A stretch of 64,000 bases of DNA from Octopus vulgaris (GCA_951406725.2 OX597815.1:170004001-170068000); one strand, 5' to 3'. Counted from the first letter of the stretch, positions 1 through 13,734 are shown. Notes: generated by a model from the sequence alone, not told the origin. Translations and numbers: made by a program.

Positions 1-4
1 TACA

Positions 5-35
<31 letters not shown>

Positions 36-52
36 GTATATATATATATACA

Positions 53-148
<96 letters not shown>

Positions 149-355
149 TATAAATATCAATAATAATAAATGGTAAAATTTATTAATCAATTAATAATTA
201 ATAATCTTACCAATTAGATCGGTATGTTAAGAGAACCATTATCGGTAACCTTATGCAAAAATTCTATAATTATAACCATAATGATAATTGTGCTTATAAT
301 TATAGAATTTTGGTGTATATATACACATATATGCATACACACACATGTTTATGTA

Positions 356-1593
356 CATCAGGTCATCCCATAAGATCTGTCCAATTTTACCTTTTCAAAA
401 ATTGAATGAAATTTAATAGTATTTTAGAATGTCTAATGGAAGTATAAATTATTTTTATGCATTTGTGTACATTTAAACTAATTAAATATTATGTTACAGA
501 ATAGTAAAATTAAAATTTCTTTGATTAAACCCTTTTTAACATGGTGATGCTTTATGAGTACAAAAAAGGAAACTCTGCAGCCGAAGCGACTCGAAACATG
601 CACTCAATTTATCGGAAAGAATGCTTGAATGAAAGAACTTGCAGAAGACGGTTTTCAAAATTTATATGCGGAGATTTCAGCCCTGAAGATGGAACAGGAC
701 GTCCAGTTGAATTTGATGGTAAGCTCCTTGAGGCATTACTTGAAAAAAATCCTGCATTATCAGCTGAAGAATTGGCAATAAAGCTTAGTTCAAACCATAC
801 AACTGTTCATCGTCATCTTCAACAACTTGGAAAGTGGGTGTCTCGTGAATTGTCCGAAAGCAACCGCAAATCCCAAGTTGTCATCTGCTTTTCTCCCCAT
901 TCTCGTGAACTCATTTCACCCTTTTTGGATAGACTTGTGACTGGTGACGAAAAATGGATCTTCTATCAAAATGTTAAACGTCGTAAATAGTGGCTTGGTA
1001 AAAGGGAAAAAGCTCAAGCACAACCGAGTAGGGAACTTCATAGAAAAATGTTTTTCTCTCTATCTGGTGGGATTGCAAAGGTGTAATTCACTTTGAATTG
1101 TTACCACCTAATGCAACAATCAATGCTCAAGTCTATTGCAGCAATTAGAGCGTTTGAACCAAGCTTTGAAGAAAAAAAGACCCGCTTTAGTGAATCGAAA
1201 AGGAGTGATGTTTCATCATGACAATGCACGAGCCCACACTGCAAAAATCACATCACAGAAGATCGAAGAGCTTGGTTGGGAAAAAATTCCTCTTCTACCT
1301 TATTCTCCCAATCTTGCTCCTTCAGACTATCCCTTGCTTCGTAGTTTACAGAATCATTTGGGGGACATAACTTTCGCAAACCAGGAAGAGGTCGAAACTG
1401 ACATTTCAGAGTTCTTTGCTTTGAAACCAAAAGAGTTTTACGTTGATGGGATTAAAAAGTTTGTAAAAAGATGGAAGGAAGTCATAGGTAATCAGGGAAA
1501 GTATATTGATGATTAAACGTCAATTAAATATAACATTTGATCACTTGGTTTTCTTTATTCAAAATTCGGACAGAACTTATGGGATGACCTGAT
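356..1593 (+). mobile_element. Near full-length, inactive mariner (Tc1/mariner) DNA transposon
   Basis: Terminal inverted repeats (TIRs) catcaggtcatcccataagatctgtcc / ggacagaacttatgggatgacctgata, flanked by TA; about 1.24 kb; internal transposase remnants. Confidence 0.95.
541..1516 (+). pseudogene. Mariner transposase pseudogene (HTH plus catalytic domain), broken by a stop and frameshifts
   Basis: ORF 541-990 has an HTH region, GKWVSREL and LVTGDEKWIFY. ORF 1136-1516 has HHDNAR and PYSPNLAPSDY. Confidence 0.93.
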
Positions 1594-2093
1594 ATATATA
1601 TATATACATGTATATATAAAATCTGAAATGTATAGTATTAAATATTCATCACGAGTGTTCTTACCAGTCATTTTGGCGTAAAGAATACAATGCAGTGTTA
1701 GGTAACAATCCGATTATATAACTTTACGCTCATCAGAGTTAGCCGTTATTATAAGGAATATGGTGACTGCTCTCTATTGTTTACCTAACACTCTGTTGTT
1801 ACCTAACACTCCATTATATTCTTTATGCGCAACCGATTGGTAAGATCTCCTACTTGTGTAACATGGTGCAGAGTCCTGTTGCCAGACAGGATCTTGCAGC
1901 AGCAACTCTCTTGACCATGGGTAGCACTACCTCCTCCAGTCGATGAAGGTCTGCCCCCGTCTATCTTATTAATAGTACATACATAAATACATACATACAT
2001 ACATAAATACATACATATATAAATACATACATACATGCATGCATAAATACATACATGCATATATACATACATACATATATACATACATACCTA

Positions 2094-2153
<60 letters not shown>

Positions 2154-2165
2154 CATATATATACA

Positions 2166-2231
<66 letters not shown>

Positions 2232-2232
2232 T

Positions 2233-2286
<54 letters not shown>

Positions 2287-2287
<1 letters not shown>

Positions 2288-2590
2288 GAGGTGCAATGGC
2301 CCAGTGGTTAGGGCAGCGGACTCGCGGTCGTAGGATCGTGGTTTCGATTCCCAGGCCGGGCATTGTGAGTGTTTATTGAGCGAAAACACCTAAAAGCTCC
2401 ACAAGGCTCCGGCAGGGGGTGGTGATCCCTGCTGTACTCTTTCACCACTCTTTCTCCCACTCTTTCTTCTGTTGGCCTGCTCGCTTAGCCGGCAGGGTGG
2501 CGTAATTCGAAGGTTAAAACAATGCGAATGCATTGTGACCAGCGATGTGTAACAACATCTGATGGTCTGGTCGGTCACGTGATCACGTGA
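2287..2590 (+). mobile_element. tRNA-derived SINE, family A
   Basis: A box TGGCCCAGTGG and B-box-like GGTTTCGATTCC. Homologous copies at 36446-36743 and 52316-52599. Sits in TA/TG microsatellite. Confidence 0.85.
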
Positions 2591-3141
2591 TATATATATA
2601 TATATATATATACATAAGAGAGAACGTATAGGAAGAAAAAATCATTTCACGAGTTGATATCCATAAATGGATGATCGTTTCGCAGCCTTCGTCATATCAA
2701 AGCAATTTATTTTAGTGCATAATAGATAAATAAACGATAAATTGCATATTAAGGTATCTAATATAAATTATATAATTCAGTTGCATATTCTATAAATCAA
2801 TACAGGTATAAAGACTTGCTCATCAGGTCAAAGGATTATCTTTACCAAATGTATTTACTGGATTTCAAATGCACCGGACGACACATTGCATCGCTTTGTT
2901 CCATCTTGGTTTACTAAGTAGTTTGTAGCCTGATCCATTAAAAGAGCTTTTCTTTATGAGTATCACTGGATTGTTCAATATATATGTGTGTGTGAGTGTG
3001 TTGTGTGCGTACGTGAGTGTGTATTATATATACAGGTATGTATATATGCATATATATATGTATATCTATATGTATATATGTATATATCTATATGTAATAT
3101 ATATATATATACATATATATATATATTATATATATGTAATA

Positions 3142-3173
<32 letters not shown>

Positions 3174-3336
3174 CGCAAACACACATACAATCATATATAT
3201 ATTCATATACATACATACACACATGCGCACGCTCACACACAAACATATGCACACACACACAGAGAAGTACGCACACATATATGTACACCAAGTGAGACAA
3301 ATATTACCCACGCTTGCGAACTTGATATTGTGATTT

Positions 3337-4570
3337 GTGTACCAGATATCTCTTTCTCTCTCTCTCTTTTCTCTCTCCCTCTCTCTTCTCCCTCTCTCTC
3401 TATCTATCGAAGTTAGATTCGACAGTGAAGAACGAGCCAAGGACCTTTCCACAAATTCTTTTGAATGCAAGAACTTAATGATGACCCCTACATACCATGA
3501 TCGTAGGGTCACAAAAATAACAATCAAAGATGTGCCCCCTGAGATACATTTTATAATGGCTTGTGTCTACCATTTGTTACGTTATCGAGGAGGCAATCCA
3601 TATCTTGGAAATCGCTGTCGTGGACCAGCAAAACTGGATTGGTCACGGAGTGGAAATCTTTGCTCAAGTTGATCCAATCAGCATTGAAAGGATTCCACAT
3701 CTAATCAAACTGGCAGACGGTTCGAATTTGCATGTGACCGTCGGAGGCAGAAAGCTACGTTGCTACGTTTGTGGTAGCAAATCACACCTGAAAATCAATT
3801 GCCCACTAGCACAGAAACAACAACAGCAACAAGACCAAGAACAACAACAATAACCACAAGAAAACCAACAAGAAAAAAACAGCACTGCTACCCACACCGC
3901 CATATGCACAAGTGATAAAACAGCTCTACAAACAAATGAAGGAACATCAGCAACCAACAAGCCAGCCCAACCAAACGACACCACCATCAGCGCCATCAAG
4001 AACAGAAACAACACCATCACCACCACTACCACCAACAACAGCAATAACTCCAGAGGAAGACGAGAAAACCAAAAGGACTTATACCCCTTCCCAAACCCCA
4101 TACACCATATCCCAACTCTCACCAACCAGCACCAACGCCAACAACAAAATCAACACACTCAGAAATAGACCCTAATACCCTTCCTCTCCCACCTTTTGAT
4201 TCCTCCGACATGTCGTCAGATGAAGACGACACAGAGGATTGGCAAGTGGCCAAAGAGGGGAGGAAAAAAAGAGGAAAAAGGAGAATAGAGAAGCAGACAA
4301 ACAAAGCAGGGAGGTTTACCACTCCCGAAACCAAAACACCCGCAGAAAACAAAAGCATTAACACCAAATTCCCCAACAATGTTGACCGTTATAAACACTA
4401 ACAATCCAGACCTAATGGAACACATTAGGTTAAACACCAACATAACAGCAAACAATACCAAAACAAATAATCACTCACGTACAATACCACTACAACACAT
4501 TAAAATCATACACATAACACAAAACATACACAACACACTGAAATCTGTCTACACGGATGCAGTAGGTTGA
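3337..4570 (+). pseudogene. Degenerate ORF1 (gag-like zinc knuckle) of an L1/Tx1-like non-LTR retrotransposon
   Basis: CYVCGSKSHLKINC is a CX2CX4HX4C knuckle, followed by a Q/T/P-rich low-complexity tract and a basic motif (WQVAKEGRKKRGKRR). Frameshifts and stops present. Confidence 0.7.
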
Positions 4571-4656
4571 TTTCAAAAATACCTCTCTAAAAACTGTACA
4601 AAAACCATCTGGAAGAAGATTGTGAGGTGAAGGACAAACAACTTTCGGACAGTAAG

Positions 4657-4694
<38 letters not shown>

Positions 4695-4747
4695 TTTCGT
4701 CTTCCTTTTGTTTGTAAAACAAAACTTTCAATAGGAACATTCTCAAA

Positions 4748-5360
4748 ATGGGTAGTATAAATGTACGTGGCTTGGGGGTCACCTTGGAAACAAGGCTACC
4801 TGCTAAATTACATCAAGTCACAGAATGTGCGTATCATAGCCACCAGCGAGACCAGACTCCATAACCTGAGGGCCCTCCAGCACATGTTCAGCAGACATTT
4901 TGATATTTATTTTTCTCCGTGTCTGCCGAGAATGGGCAGCGGCAGTACCGCGGTGCTTCTTCGGAAGAGGCTTGACCTCAAAGTAAGAGCAAGCATCCTA
5001 GACCGGGAGAGTAGGCTGGTCGTCTTGGATGTTGATGGCAGTAATGAGTGTGCTTTTCGACTGGTAACAGTTTATGCACTATCCTTAACAGGTCGGCCAG
5101 ATTTCTTTCAACGTCTAGAGGTTTTCCTGGGAAAGTCTCGACCTTTACTTTTAGTGGGGGATTGGAACGCTACTTTGGACACCCATCTAGACTCCGTGGG
5201 CAGATATAGTAATAGGAAGGGATGTAAATACCTCAAAAACCTGCTCAGACGTTTTCAACTGTCTGACAGATACCACTAGACCACCAGAATGCGCCAATGT
5301 GGGCATGGAGCAACGGAACCGGGTCGCCCAGATTGTATTTAGATAGAACATTCTATAGGT
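4748..5360 (+). pseudogene. APE endonuclease domain (ORF2 N-terminus) of a Tx1/L1-like LINE, truncated before the RT domain
   Basis: MGSINVRGLG, then a frameshift into IIATSETRL, LLLVGDWNATLD and YLDR: canonical APE motifs. Bounded by (TC)n and (GA)n tracts. Confidence 0.85.
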
Positions 5361-5402
5361 CGAAACTACTTTGAGCATGATCCTGTAAATCGTAAAAAGA
5401 GA

Positions 5403-5463
<61 letters not shown>

Positions 5464-5464
<1 letters not shown>

Positions 5465-5733
5465 ACTTTGCTCTCATGTGTTTATTCCTTCCCTGCTTGA
5501 GGTTACCGTGGTCTTTTCCGCAGGCTTTTCTTTCCGCGGATAAACCTAATCTTGCTTCTTACATTTAAAAAATTTCTTGTGTGATACCCAATCCCTTTTG
5601 ATCACCCTCCGATCCCTCTTGATCGGAATTTTACCGTTTTTTTCTCTTTTTTCCTTTTTCTTTTCCATTTTCGAAAATACTACATTTCTATTTGTCTCCT
5701 CTGTGTTCAGCTTTGTGTGGCCAATAAAGAAAG
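5464..5733 (+). mobile_element. Probable LINE 3' UTR ending in AATAAAGAAA
   Basis: Pyrimidine-rich segment after the APE relic. Its last ~42 nt resemble the 3' tail of SINE family B. Confidence 0.45.
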
Positions 5734-5758
5734 TTATGTCTGTATGTATGTATGTATG

Positions 5759-5812
<54 letters not shown>

Positions 5813-6012
5813 CATACATACATACATACATACATACATACATGCATACATACATACAGAGAGAGATACAAGAAAGAAAAAGAAGTAAAGGAAAGAATGA
5901 AAAGTTCTCTAAGTTAAGAATTCATACTTCTTTGAAAAGAGAATCTTTCCCGTTTGATAATATATTCCTGCCAGGGGCAAACCATGTATAATATAATATA
6001 TACATAGAGATA

Positions 6013-6046
<34 letters not shown>

Positions 6047-6573
6047 CATACATACATACATACATACATACATACATACATACATACAATATAATCAGCA
6101 GCAGAATTTATCCTTGAGGGTTGCGTGTTTTGCAAATATGTATAATGATAATTATAGTTATAGTTTGGGGGGAAATGGAAGAAAATTAAACCAAACTGAA
6201 ATAAAAAAGAAATGAAAAATAAAAATTCAATACGTGTATTCCTACTACAAAAAATTAATACACTCCAAATATGGCCTCCAAGTTTTTCTTTTATATAATT
6301 GTTTAAACAAATATGATAAGCTAGGTCACTATATATGACATCCAAATTCGTAAAATGATCCATATTTTTAGAAGGGCAAGGGTCAGATCTTTGCTTGCCA
6401 AACACATAGGTTCGGGTTCAGTCCTACTACTGCGTGGTACTTTGTGAAAGTGTCTTCTGCTATAGGCGCTGGTCGATCAAAGCCTTATGAGTAGATTTGG
6501 TTGACGGAAACTGGAAGAATCCCACCATATATAAACAAGTAAAAGATAATGGATATATGTATGTGTATTTATG

Positions 6574-6610
<37 letters not shown>

Positions 6611-6627
6611 ATGTATATATATATCTA

Positions 6628-7217
6628 CAGTAATCCCTCGACTATCGTGGGTGCTACGTTCCACCCCCCCCCCTGCGATGTTGCTTTGTACTGGATGGAA
6701 ATAGTGGATGCTCTGTTCGAAAATATAAGGACACAGATATTCTGTCGTATAGCCAGCTGGAAACGATGTTTCCTGAGGCTAAACAACAGTAAAAATCGTT
6801 CCCCCAAGGCAGCCACATTATGTTGGCAAATAGTCTTTACTTCAAAGAATCGTTACTGAATATCTCTCTTTGAGAGATTTAGAGATAATAATGTTTCTAT
6901 AATAATGCAGCACGGATTTTTGTCAGTGAACAGGTCGCGGATTTTAGCGACGAAAATATTTTGACAAATTAAACTTAAATGTTGCAGTGAATCGAACGGC
7001 TTTTGTGTGTTTCTTAAATGGCTTATAAACACCTTCCACGCTGCAATTGTTTTCGTTTCAGCACACGATCTCAGATCAAATTACTTGCTATGCGAGTACA
7101 TCTCCGTAATGTTTCTATTTATTTTATTATAAGTGCTAAACAACACCACGGAGGAACAGACGTGTGCTTAAATAATAAACCTCGATAGGTGAACCGCGAT
7201 ATGGAGACGGATTTCTG
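6628..7217. mobile_element. pogo/Tigger-like non-autonomous element with a nested insertion
   Basis: TA|CAGTAATCCCTCGACTATCG ... CGCGATATGGAGACGGATTTCTG|TA imperfect TIRs starting CAG. Confidence 0.55.
6905..7110 (+). repeat. Partial copy (right arm plus tail) of the palindrome-plus-tail repeat family
   Basis: Homologous to 10910-11113 and 29885-30070. Confidence 0.75.
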
Positions 7218-7275
7218 TATAATCTTAAACAGTATATGTGTGTGGCTAAATTGAAAATAACTTCTACATGCATTA

Positions 7276-7483
7276 ATGATTTCAAATTTTGGCACAAGGC
7301 CAGCAAGCTCGGAGAAGAATAAGTTGATTACATCGACCCCAGTGTTTAACTGGTACCTATTTTATCGACCCCCCAAAGGGATGAAAGGCAAAGTCGACTT
7401 TCGCGGACTTTGAACTCAGAGAGTAAAGACGGACGAAATGCCGCTAAGCATTTTGCCCGGCGTGTTTACGATTCCACCAGCCT
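7276..7483 (-). mobile_element. SINE family B (Nin-like central domain), ATT-tail variant
   Basis: Reverse complement of gtcgactttgcctttcatcc...ggggtcgataaaataggtaccag; tail gccttgtgccaaaatttgaaatcatta. Confidence 0.8.
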
Positions 7484-8260
7484 CAGTATTACGGTTTCAT
7501 CGACTCCGAAGGAATACAAGGCGCAGTTGACCTCGATTTGATTGGAGCTCAGAGCACTGAGAGACGAAACAGATACCCTAAGGTTTCCATCTGAAAACTC
7601 TGACAATGTGCGGTCGATAAATTGATTCAAATCTTTCCAGGGAAGCTTTGTGAGTTTACTTCCGAAGATTCATTAAAAACTAGTTAAAACGTTTAAAATA
7701 ATTAAGATAATATAATTAAGTATTATTAAGGGCGATTAACCTACTTGAAATAATTAAATTTAAAATACAAAGTATAAAATACAGCTTTACTTAAAATACT
7801 GGCAAATTGAATATAAATGATTAAAATTTTCAAGTTCAAAATTTATTAACTCGACAAGAAAAATGAACAGTGTGCAGAAAATATGGAAGCCCACAAAGAA
7901 ATAATTGAGGAAACTAATAAAGCAGACGTTTTAAGGCATTAAGATATGCTATCGGGTTAGGAATCAAAATGTGGATGAGAAAGATATGGAAAGAGATGCC
8001 AAAATGCATTTTAAGATATAAATATACTGCTAGTTAACTTCTCTCTACCTGTCTCCCTGTTACTCTCTCTGCCTTTGACACTCACTCGCTCTCTTTCTCA
8101 ATCTCTCAGAAAATACAATCACAGTCGATTGTATTTTCTGAGTAAACCGATTCCCTTCTCCTTTCCGCCAACCATTCTTTCTTCTGTTTTTATTTGCTTC
8201 TCTTTTTAAACATATAAACAACTATCTGTCTCTCTCCTAATGATGATATACACCATTATA

Positions 8261-8358
<98 letters not shown>

Positions 8359-8441
8359 GATATACTGTATATATCTATGTACACATATGTATACCGATAT
8401 ATGTCAATACAGCATATTAATATTTACGTATATATGTGTGC

Positions 8442-8489
<48 letters not shown>

Positions 8490-8910
8490 ATATTTTTGAA
8501 CACACATCCACATAAATAAATGAATATATGTATATATATGTTCATATATGCCATGTGTTTGTGTGTGTGTGTGCTTGCTTTCGAGCGCGTGTGCGTGCGT
8601 GCGTGCGCGCGTGTGTGTGCATGTATGCATTCAATATGGATGTATGTATCCATGCATGTATTCCACCGGAAAATTTGACACACTTGAAATATCGCTTCGG
8701 GATGTTTAAAAATGCAAAAACTTTAATAACGCTTTTCAATACCTACCACCCTCCTTACCTACCTACATGTACATACATAATACATACATATACACACATA
8801 TATATATATATGTGTGTTGGTGTGGGTGTGTATACATATACATCTATGTGCATGTGTACATGTATATATACATATACATATATATATTTATCTATGTATA
8901 TATACATCTA

Positions 8911-9009
<99 letters not shown>

Positions 9010-9807
9010 ATGAATAGCTATATTTATGTGTGTAATCTATATATAAATAATGGAGGCGAAGCCGACAGACGAGTATGTGTGCTAGAAAGGAACTGGAACA
9101 GGTTGTAAAATTGAAAAAATTCAAATATATATGGAAGAAACATCTCAAATGAAATATAGTGAGATGGAGGATCAAATACATGCACGAGGATTAAGACTGC
9201 ATTACAAGTTCCTTTCACTTTTCTAAATAAGCATTGATCTGTATATATCAATACATTTATTTCCTTCTGTATATTTCTTCTGTCGGTTGCTATTTGAAAT
9301 TATGAAAAGAAATGAAGTTAATATTTATGAAACCCGTTTTGCTTAACTTAACACTCTAGAATATATAACTTCAAACCCGCCACAATCTCATCGGTTTTAA
9401 TTTCCTCTCCTTCTCTCTATATTTGTGCATAATATTTTGCTTCGGCATTGTAAGACTAATAGCATGGTGTAAAGCTCAATATACAAATGCTTTAGAATGA
9501 AGCATTAGTGAAGTACAGAGCGGTAATAAAAAATGAGGTGACGATTGTCTATGAAGTTCATTAGCTTACAGCTGTTTCTGCTATGAGCTAGTGAAGATCA
9601 CAAGATAGTCCTTTATTCTTTTGTTATCTCAATTTCTTATTTGTATATATAGGCGCAGGTACGGCTGTGTGGATATGAAGAGAGTTTCCCTACCATGCGG
9701 CATTGGGTTAAGTTTCACTGTGCGGGACATTGAGAAAGTCTCTCCTAATCGGATCGACTAAAAATTTTGGGGGATGGATTTGGTAGATGGAAACTTAAAG
9801 AATTCGT

Positions 9808-9901
<94 letters not shown>

Positions 9902-9980
9902 CACACACACACATGTTGAATATAATGAGACAACAAAGCCAAGGTAGTGTGGAATTTCTAGGACATTTATGAAGGGAAAG

Positions 9981-10034
9981 ATCGTATTACAGCTGTTTCA
10001 GGTATATGAAAGATATCCCACCACCAGAGACGAT
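9981..10034 (-). ncRNA. Degenerate minimal hammerhead ribozyme motif
   Basis: Minus strand: atcgtct-CTGGTGG-tgggatat...atatacct-GAAA-cagctg-TA-atacgat. Palindromic stem III; 6 of 7 stem I pairs; core mutated. Confidence 0.5.
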
Positions 10035-10453
10035 TTCAGAGAGTTAAATAGAAGGAAATAGTAGATTTCAGTATAAGAAGTTATCTTGGAAAGGAAGAGA
10101 TATAATAAGTACAAAGGAAAGTATGAAGATAAAAAAGTATATGTTGGAGGTTAAATTTGCTGTTCCATTATCCAAGGAATGTGCTGAGTAGAAAGGGTAG
10201 AGAGGCTTCTTGTCCATCGTATGTAAATTCCGATAGACACTCCTATTTTGTTATTACAAATGGATAGTTTGTAGATATAAATTCCATGTGCTGTTCGTTC
10301 AAAGGAATCTTGTAGCGTAAATGAAATTTTGAGAATATACTGGTAGGGAGAATTAGATAGAGAGAAGAGAATAGAGAAGTATGTTAGAAGGAGGAAATGG
10401 TATGGGTCAAAAGGAGTAGGATAGGAAAGAAGAAAGAATATGGATACCAAAAC

Positions 10454-10525
<72 letters not shown>

Positions 10526-10700
10526 TAAGGGTAGAAATTGATATTTATCAATTAAGACCAGTGGTCTAGCATATTAAAAAAGAATCCGAAGATTAAAATA
10601 TTTGAGTTTGATCTGAGAACATAATCTTTTGTGGAGAATGACGATTTGACGTCTATATCTAGCATGTTGACTGTCCACTTTTCGTGTTCAGTCCTTAATT

Positions 10701-10754
<54 letters not shown>

Positions 10755-10756
<2 letters not shown>

Positions 10757-11113
10757 CAATTGCAACGTGCAAGATGTTTATAAGCCATTTAAGAACACAA
10801 AAAAACCCATTAGATTCACGTCAACATTTAAATTTAATTTGTGTCAAAATATTTTCGTCGCTTTGAAACCGCCACCTGTTCCCTGATAAAACTTCGTGCT
10901 GCATCTCAGAAGTTTTGTCAGTAAACAGGTCGCGATTTCAAAGCGACGAAAATATTTTGACACAAATTAAATTTAAATATTGAAGTGAATCTGACGGTTT
11001 TTTTGTGTGTTGTTAAATGGCTTATAAACATCTTCCATGCTACGCTGCAATTGTTTTTGTTTCAGCACACGATCTCAGATCAAGTTACTTGCTATGCAAG
11101 TACATCTCGCTAA
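10755..11113 (+). repeat. Palindrome-plus-tail repeat: ~140-bp inverted arms followed by a ~60-bp unique tail
   Basis: Arms aacaattgca...ctgataaaactt and aagttttgtcag...tgcaattgtt; tail cagcacacgatctcagatcaagttacttgctatgc. Three copies in the window. Confidence 0.8.
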
Positions 11114-11472
11114 CATATACATACATATATATATATATATGTCTCTTTTATCTTTCATTTGTTTCAGTCATTCGTCTGCGGCCATGCTGGTTCAGTGGTT
11201 TGAAGAATCTTTAGTTGAATACTCCAAATACTACATATATACATATACATACATATATATATTTGTGTATGTATGTATGCAAGTATGTATGTATTCATCA
11301 GTTTTGTTTGGCACTTTTAGATTCTACTGTCAGCTTATTCAAATCTTCATAAGTCGTGAATTTTGCTTTACTTTGATTATTGACTCCACAATCAGTAAAG
11401 GTTGGTTCTATTCTTAAAATTCTCTTGAAACACTTAAAAGAAATCCCGTAAAGACACACTCACGTACACACA

Positions 11473-11558
<86 letters not shown>

Positions 11559-12359
11559 CTCACCTTTTCATACGTATACAAACACACACATAAACATGTT
11601 TTTCTTTCCTGTGTTTGCTATAAAGAACTTTATTAAAAATGGCAGATACTATACGCCGCTTGGAGGGTGATATTATTTATATACATCCTTACGCATATTA
11701 CGTTTATTTTCGCATAAGCTAGTCACTGTGTCAGTAGGTCGAATAACTTTATTAGTTTATCGATGGAAGTATTGATTTCGATCAACGATAGACTCAAAGC
11801 TATTAGTTATGCATTTATATTTTGAAATATCTGCGGCGTTACTAATTAGCTAACCCTGGTTTATTCTACCGTGACTTTGAAAACGCAAAATTTACTTAGA
11901 CCTGGAGCGCTATATTGTAATTTATGTGGCAGGAACAGTAAGGTTTTCCTTCAGATAACGTTTCTTGAAAGCAGAAGAGCATAATGAGTTTATATCTTTA
12001 GTGCTTAGCTTAGTTGTCACTCAAAAGCAAGTATAGCCTGATAGATTGTAACACGCTTTCGTTAAATGTTTTTAGGAGCCCATACAACCATGAGTAAATA
12101 TAGACACTGTCAGTAATTCCATTTTAGAGTCATATGAACATCGGAGATGTGACAGTTAGAGAAAGGTAGAGAGGGAGAGAGAGAGAAAGAGTGAGGGAGA
12201 GAGAGAGTAGAGAGAGGGAGAGAGAAAGATTGAGAGAGAGAGAGAGTAGAGAGAGGGAGAGAGAAAGTAGAGAGAGGGAGAGAGAAAGAGTGAGAGAGAG
12301 GTGGGGAAGGAGCTAGCTGCGCACACAATCAGCTTAGTAGACTGGAGCACCATAAAATG

Positions 12360-12597
12360 AAATACCTATTTCTTTACTACCCACAAGGGGCTAAACATAG
12401 AGGGGACAAACAAGGACAGACAAACGGATTAAGTCGATTACATCGACCCCAGAGCGTAACTGGTACTTAATTTATCGACCCCAGGAGGATGAAAGGCAAA
12501 GTCGACCTCGGCGGAATTTGAACTTACAACGTAACGGCAGACGAAATACCGCCTAGCATTTCGCCCAGCGTGCTAACGTTTCTGCCAGCTCACCTTG
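12360..12597 (-). mobile_element. SINE family B, 'aaagaaataggtattt' tail variant
   Basis: Near full-length match to the copies at 16621, 26065, 34164 and 40816. Confidence 0.88.
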
Positions 12598-12959
12598 CGC
12601 AAGGCCACAACGCACAACACAGTCCAGGAATCGAACCAACGAGCTTATGATCGTCAGCCCAGCACTAACCACTAAGGGCCTGTGTCTTTACATAAATCTT
12701 GAGTAATTTCCGAACATTATTATGAGAGCTATGGTGGTCTGCTTACATTTTTAAAGGAATCTATTAGTCACATTTATTTCTTCACAAGATACATTGTTAC
12801 AAAATTTCGTTTCCTAGAGAAACTCAAATATCTTGATATTAAAACAATTTTATCGTTGACAATTCGAAAAACGTATTGAAATAATGTAACAATAAATATT
12901 CAATTAATGCATATATCCACTTCACATTTATGCTTACACACACACCCACATATATATAC

Positions 12960-13011
<52 letters not shown>

Positions 13012-13094
13012 GTGAATATATATATATTTATTTATTTACCTAATTATATATATATAATCTCTCTCCCCTTTTTATATATATATGCATTTATATA

Positions 13095-13296
13095 TAACTG
13101 GAAGCTTTATGAAAATAAACAAAAGACGAAGGCAGGTGGAGTACAAACAAACAATTGTATTAGTATGGCGCTCAGGAATATAAATAAAACAAGTCTTTTA
13201 CGTTTCGAGCCTACGCTCTTCAACAGAAAGATACACAGAAAAAAACAAGGAGAGAAAAAAATGCATGCAGAAGCTAGCGAATCAACATGGCGATCA
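13095..13296 (-). mobile_element. Short (TA)n-embedded element carrying a minimal hammerhead motif (13194-13231)
   Basis: Minus strand: tcttt-CTGTTGA-a-gagc-gtag-gctc-GAAA-cg-TA-aaaga. Shares a downstream tcctgagcg motif with the 38.4-kb element. Confidence 0.6.
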
Positions 13297-13317
13297 TTTA
13301 TATATACATACATATAT

Positions 13318-13360
<43 letters not shown>

Positions 13361-13474
13361 CATATACATAGAAACGTACATATTTGCATACAGACATACA
13401 TACATGCATATGTATATATGATTATATGTATATAAAACTATACATATATACAAATATATGCATATGTGTGTGTG

Positions 13475-13515
<41 letters not shown>

Positions 13516-13692
13516 ATTTATATATATATGATATCCCTCTCTTCCTCTCTCTCTATATCTATATATATATATATACATATAAATATACCGGAGTAAACAC
13601 ATATATGTGAAACAAGGTTGAATTTCTGCTGCTTTTAAATAAAGTATATATAAATATATACATATACATACATACGTACATACATGCATACA

Positions 13693-13734
<42 letters not shown>

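Noticed and set aside
2287-2360. tRNA-like heads as real tRNA genes (also 34559, 57372)
   Set aside because: Acceptor and anticodon stems are imperfect and each continues into a shared repeat body, so they are SINE heads.
1803-3527. Many overlapping YI/CV/HT-rich ORFs here and across the window
   Set aside because: Translations of TA, TG and TACA microsatellites that lack stops in some frames.
9566-9580. Isolated GAAACAGCTGTAA (minus), and GAAACAGCTG at about 39975
   Set aside because: Hammerhead half-motifs with no recognisable CUGANGA partner.
10151-10450. 'GIYIYK...IG' as a GIY-YIG endonuclease next to a hammerhead
   Set aside because: The rest of the ORF is low-complexity and lacks convincing downstream motifs; cannot be supported by eye.
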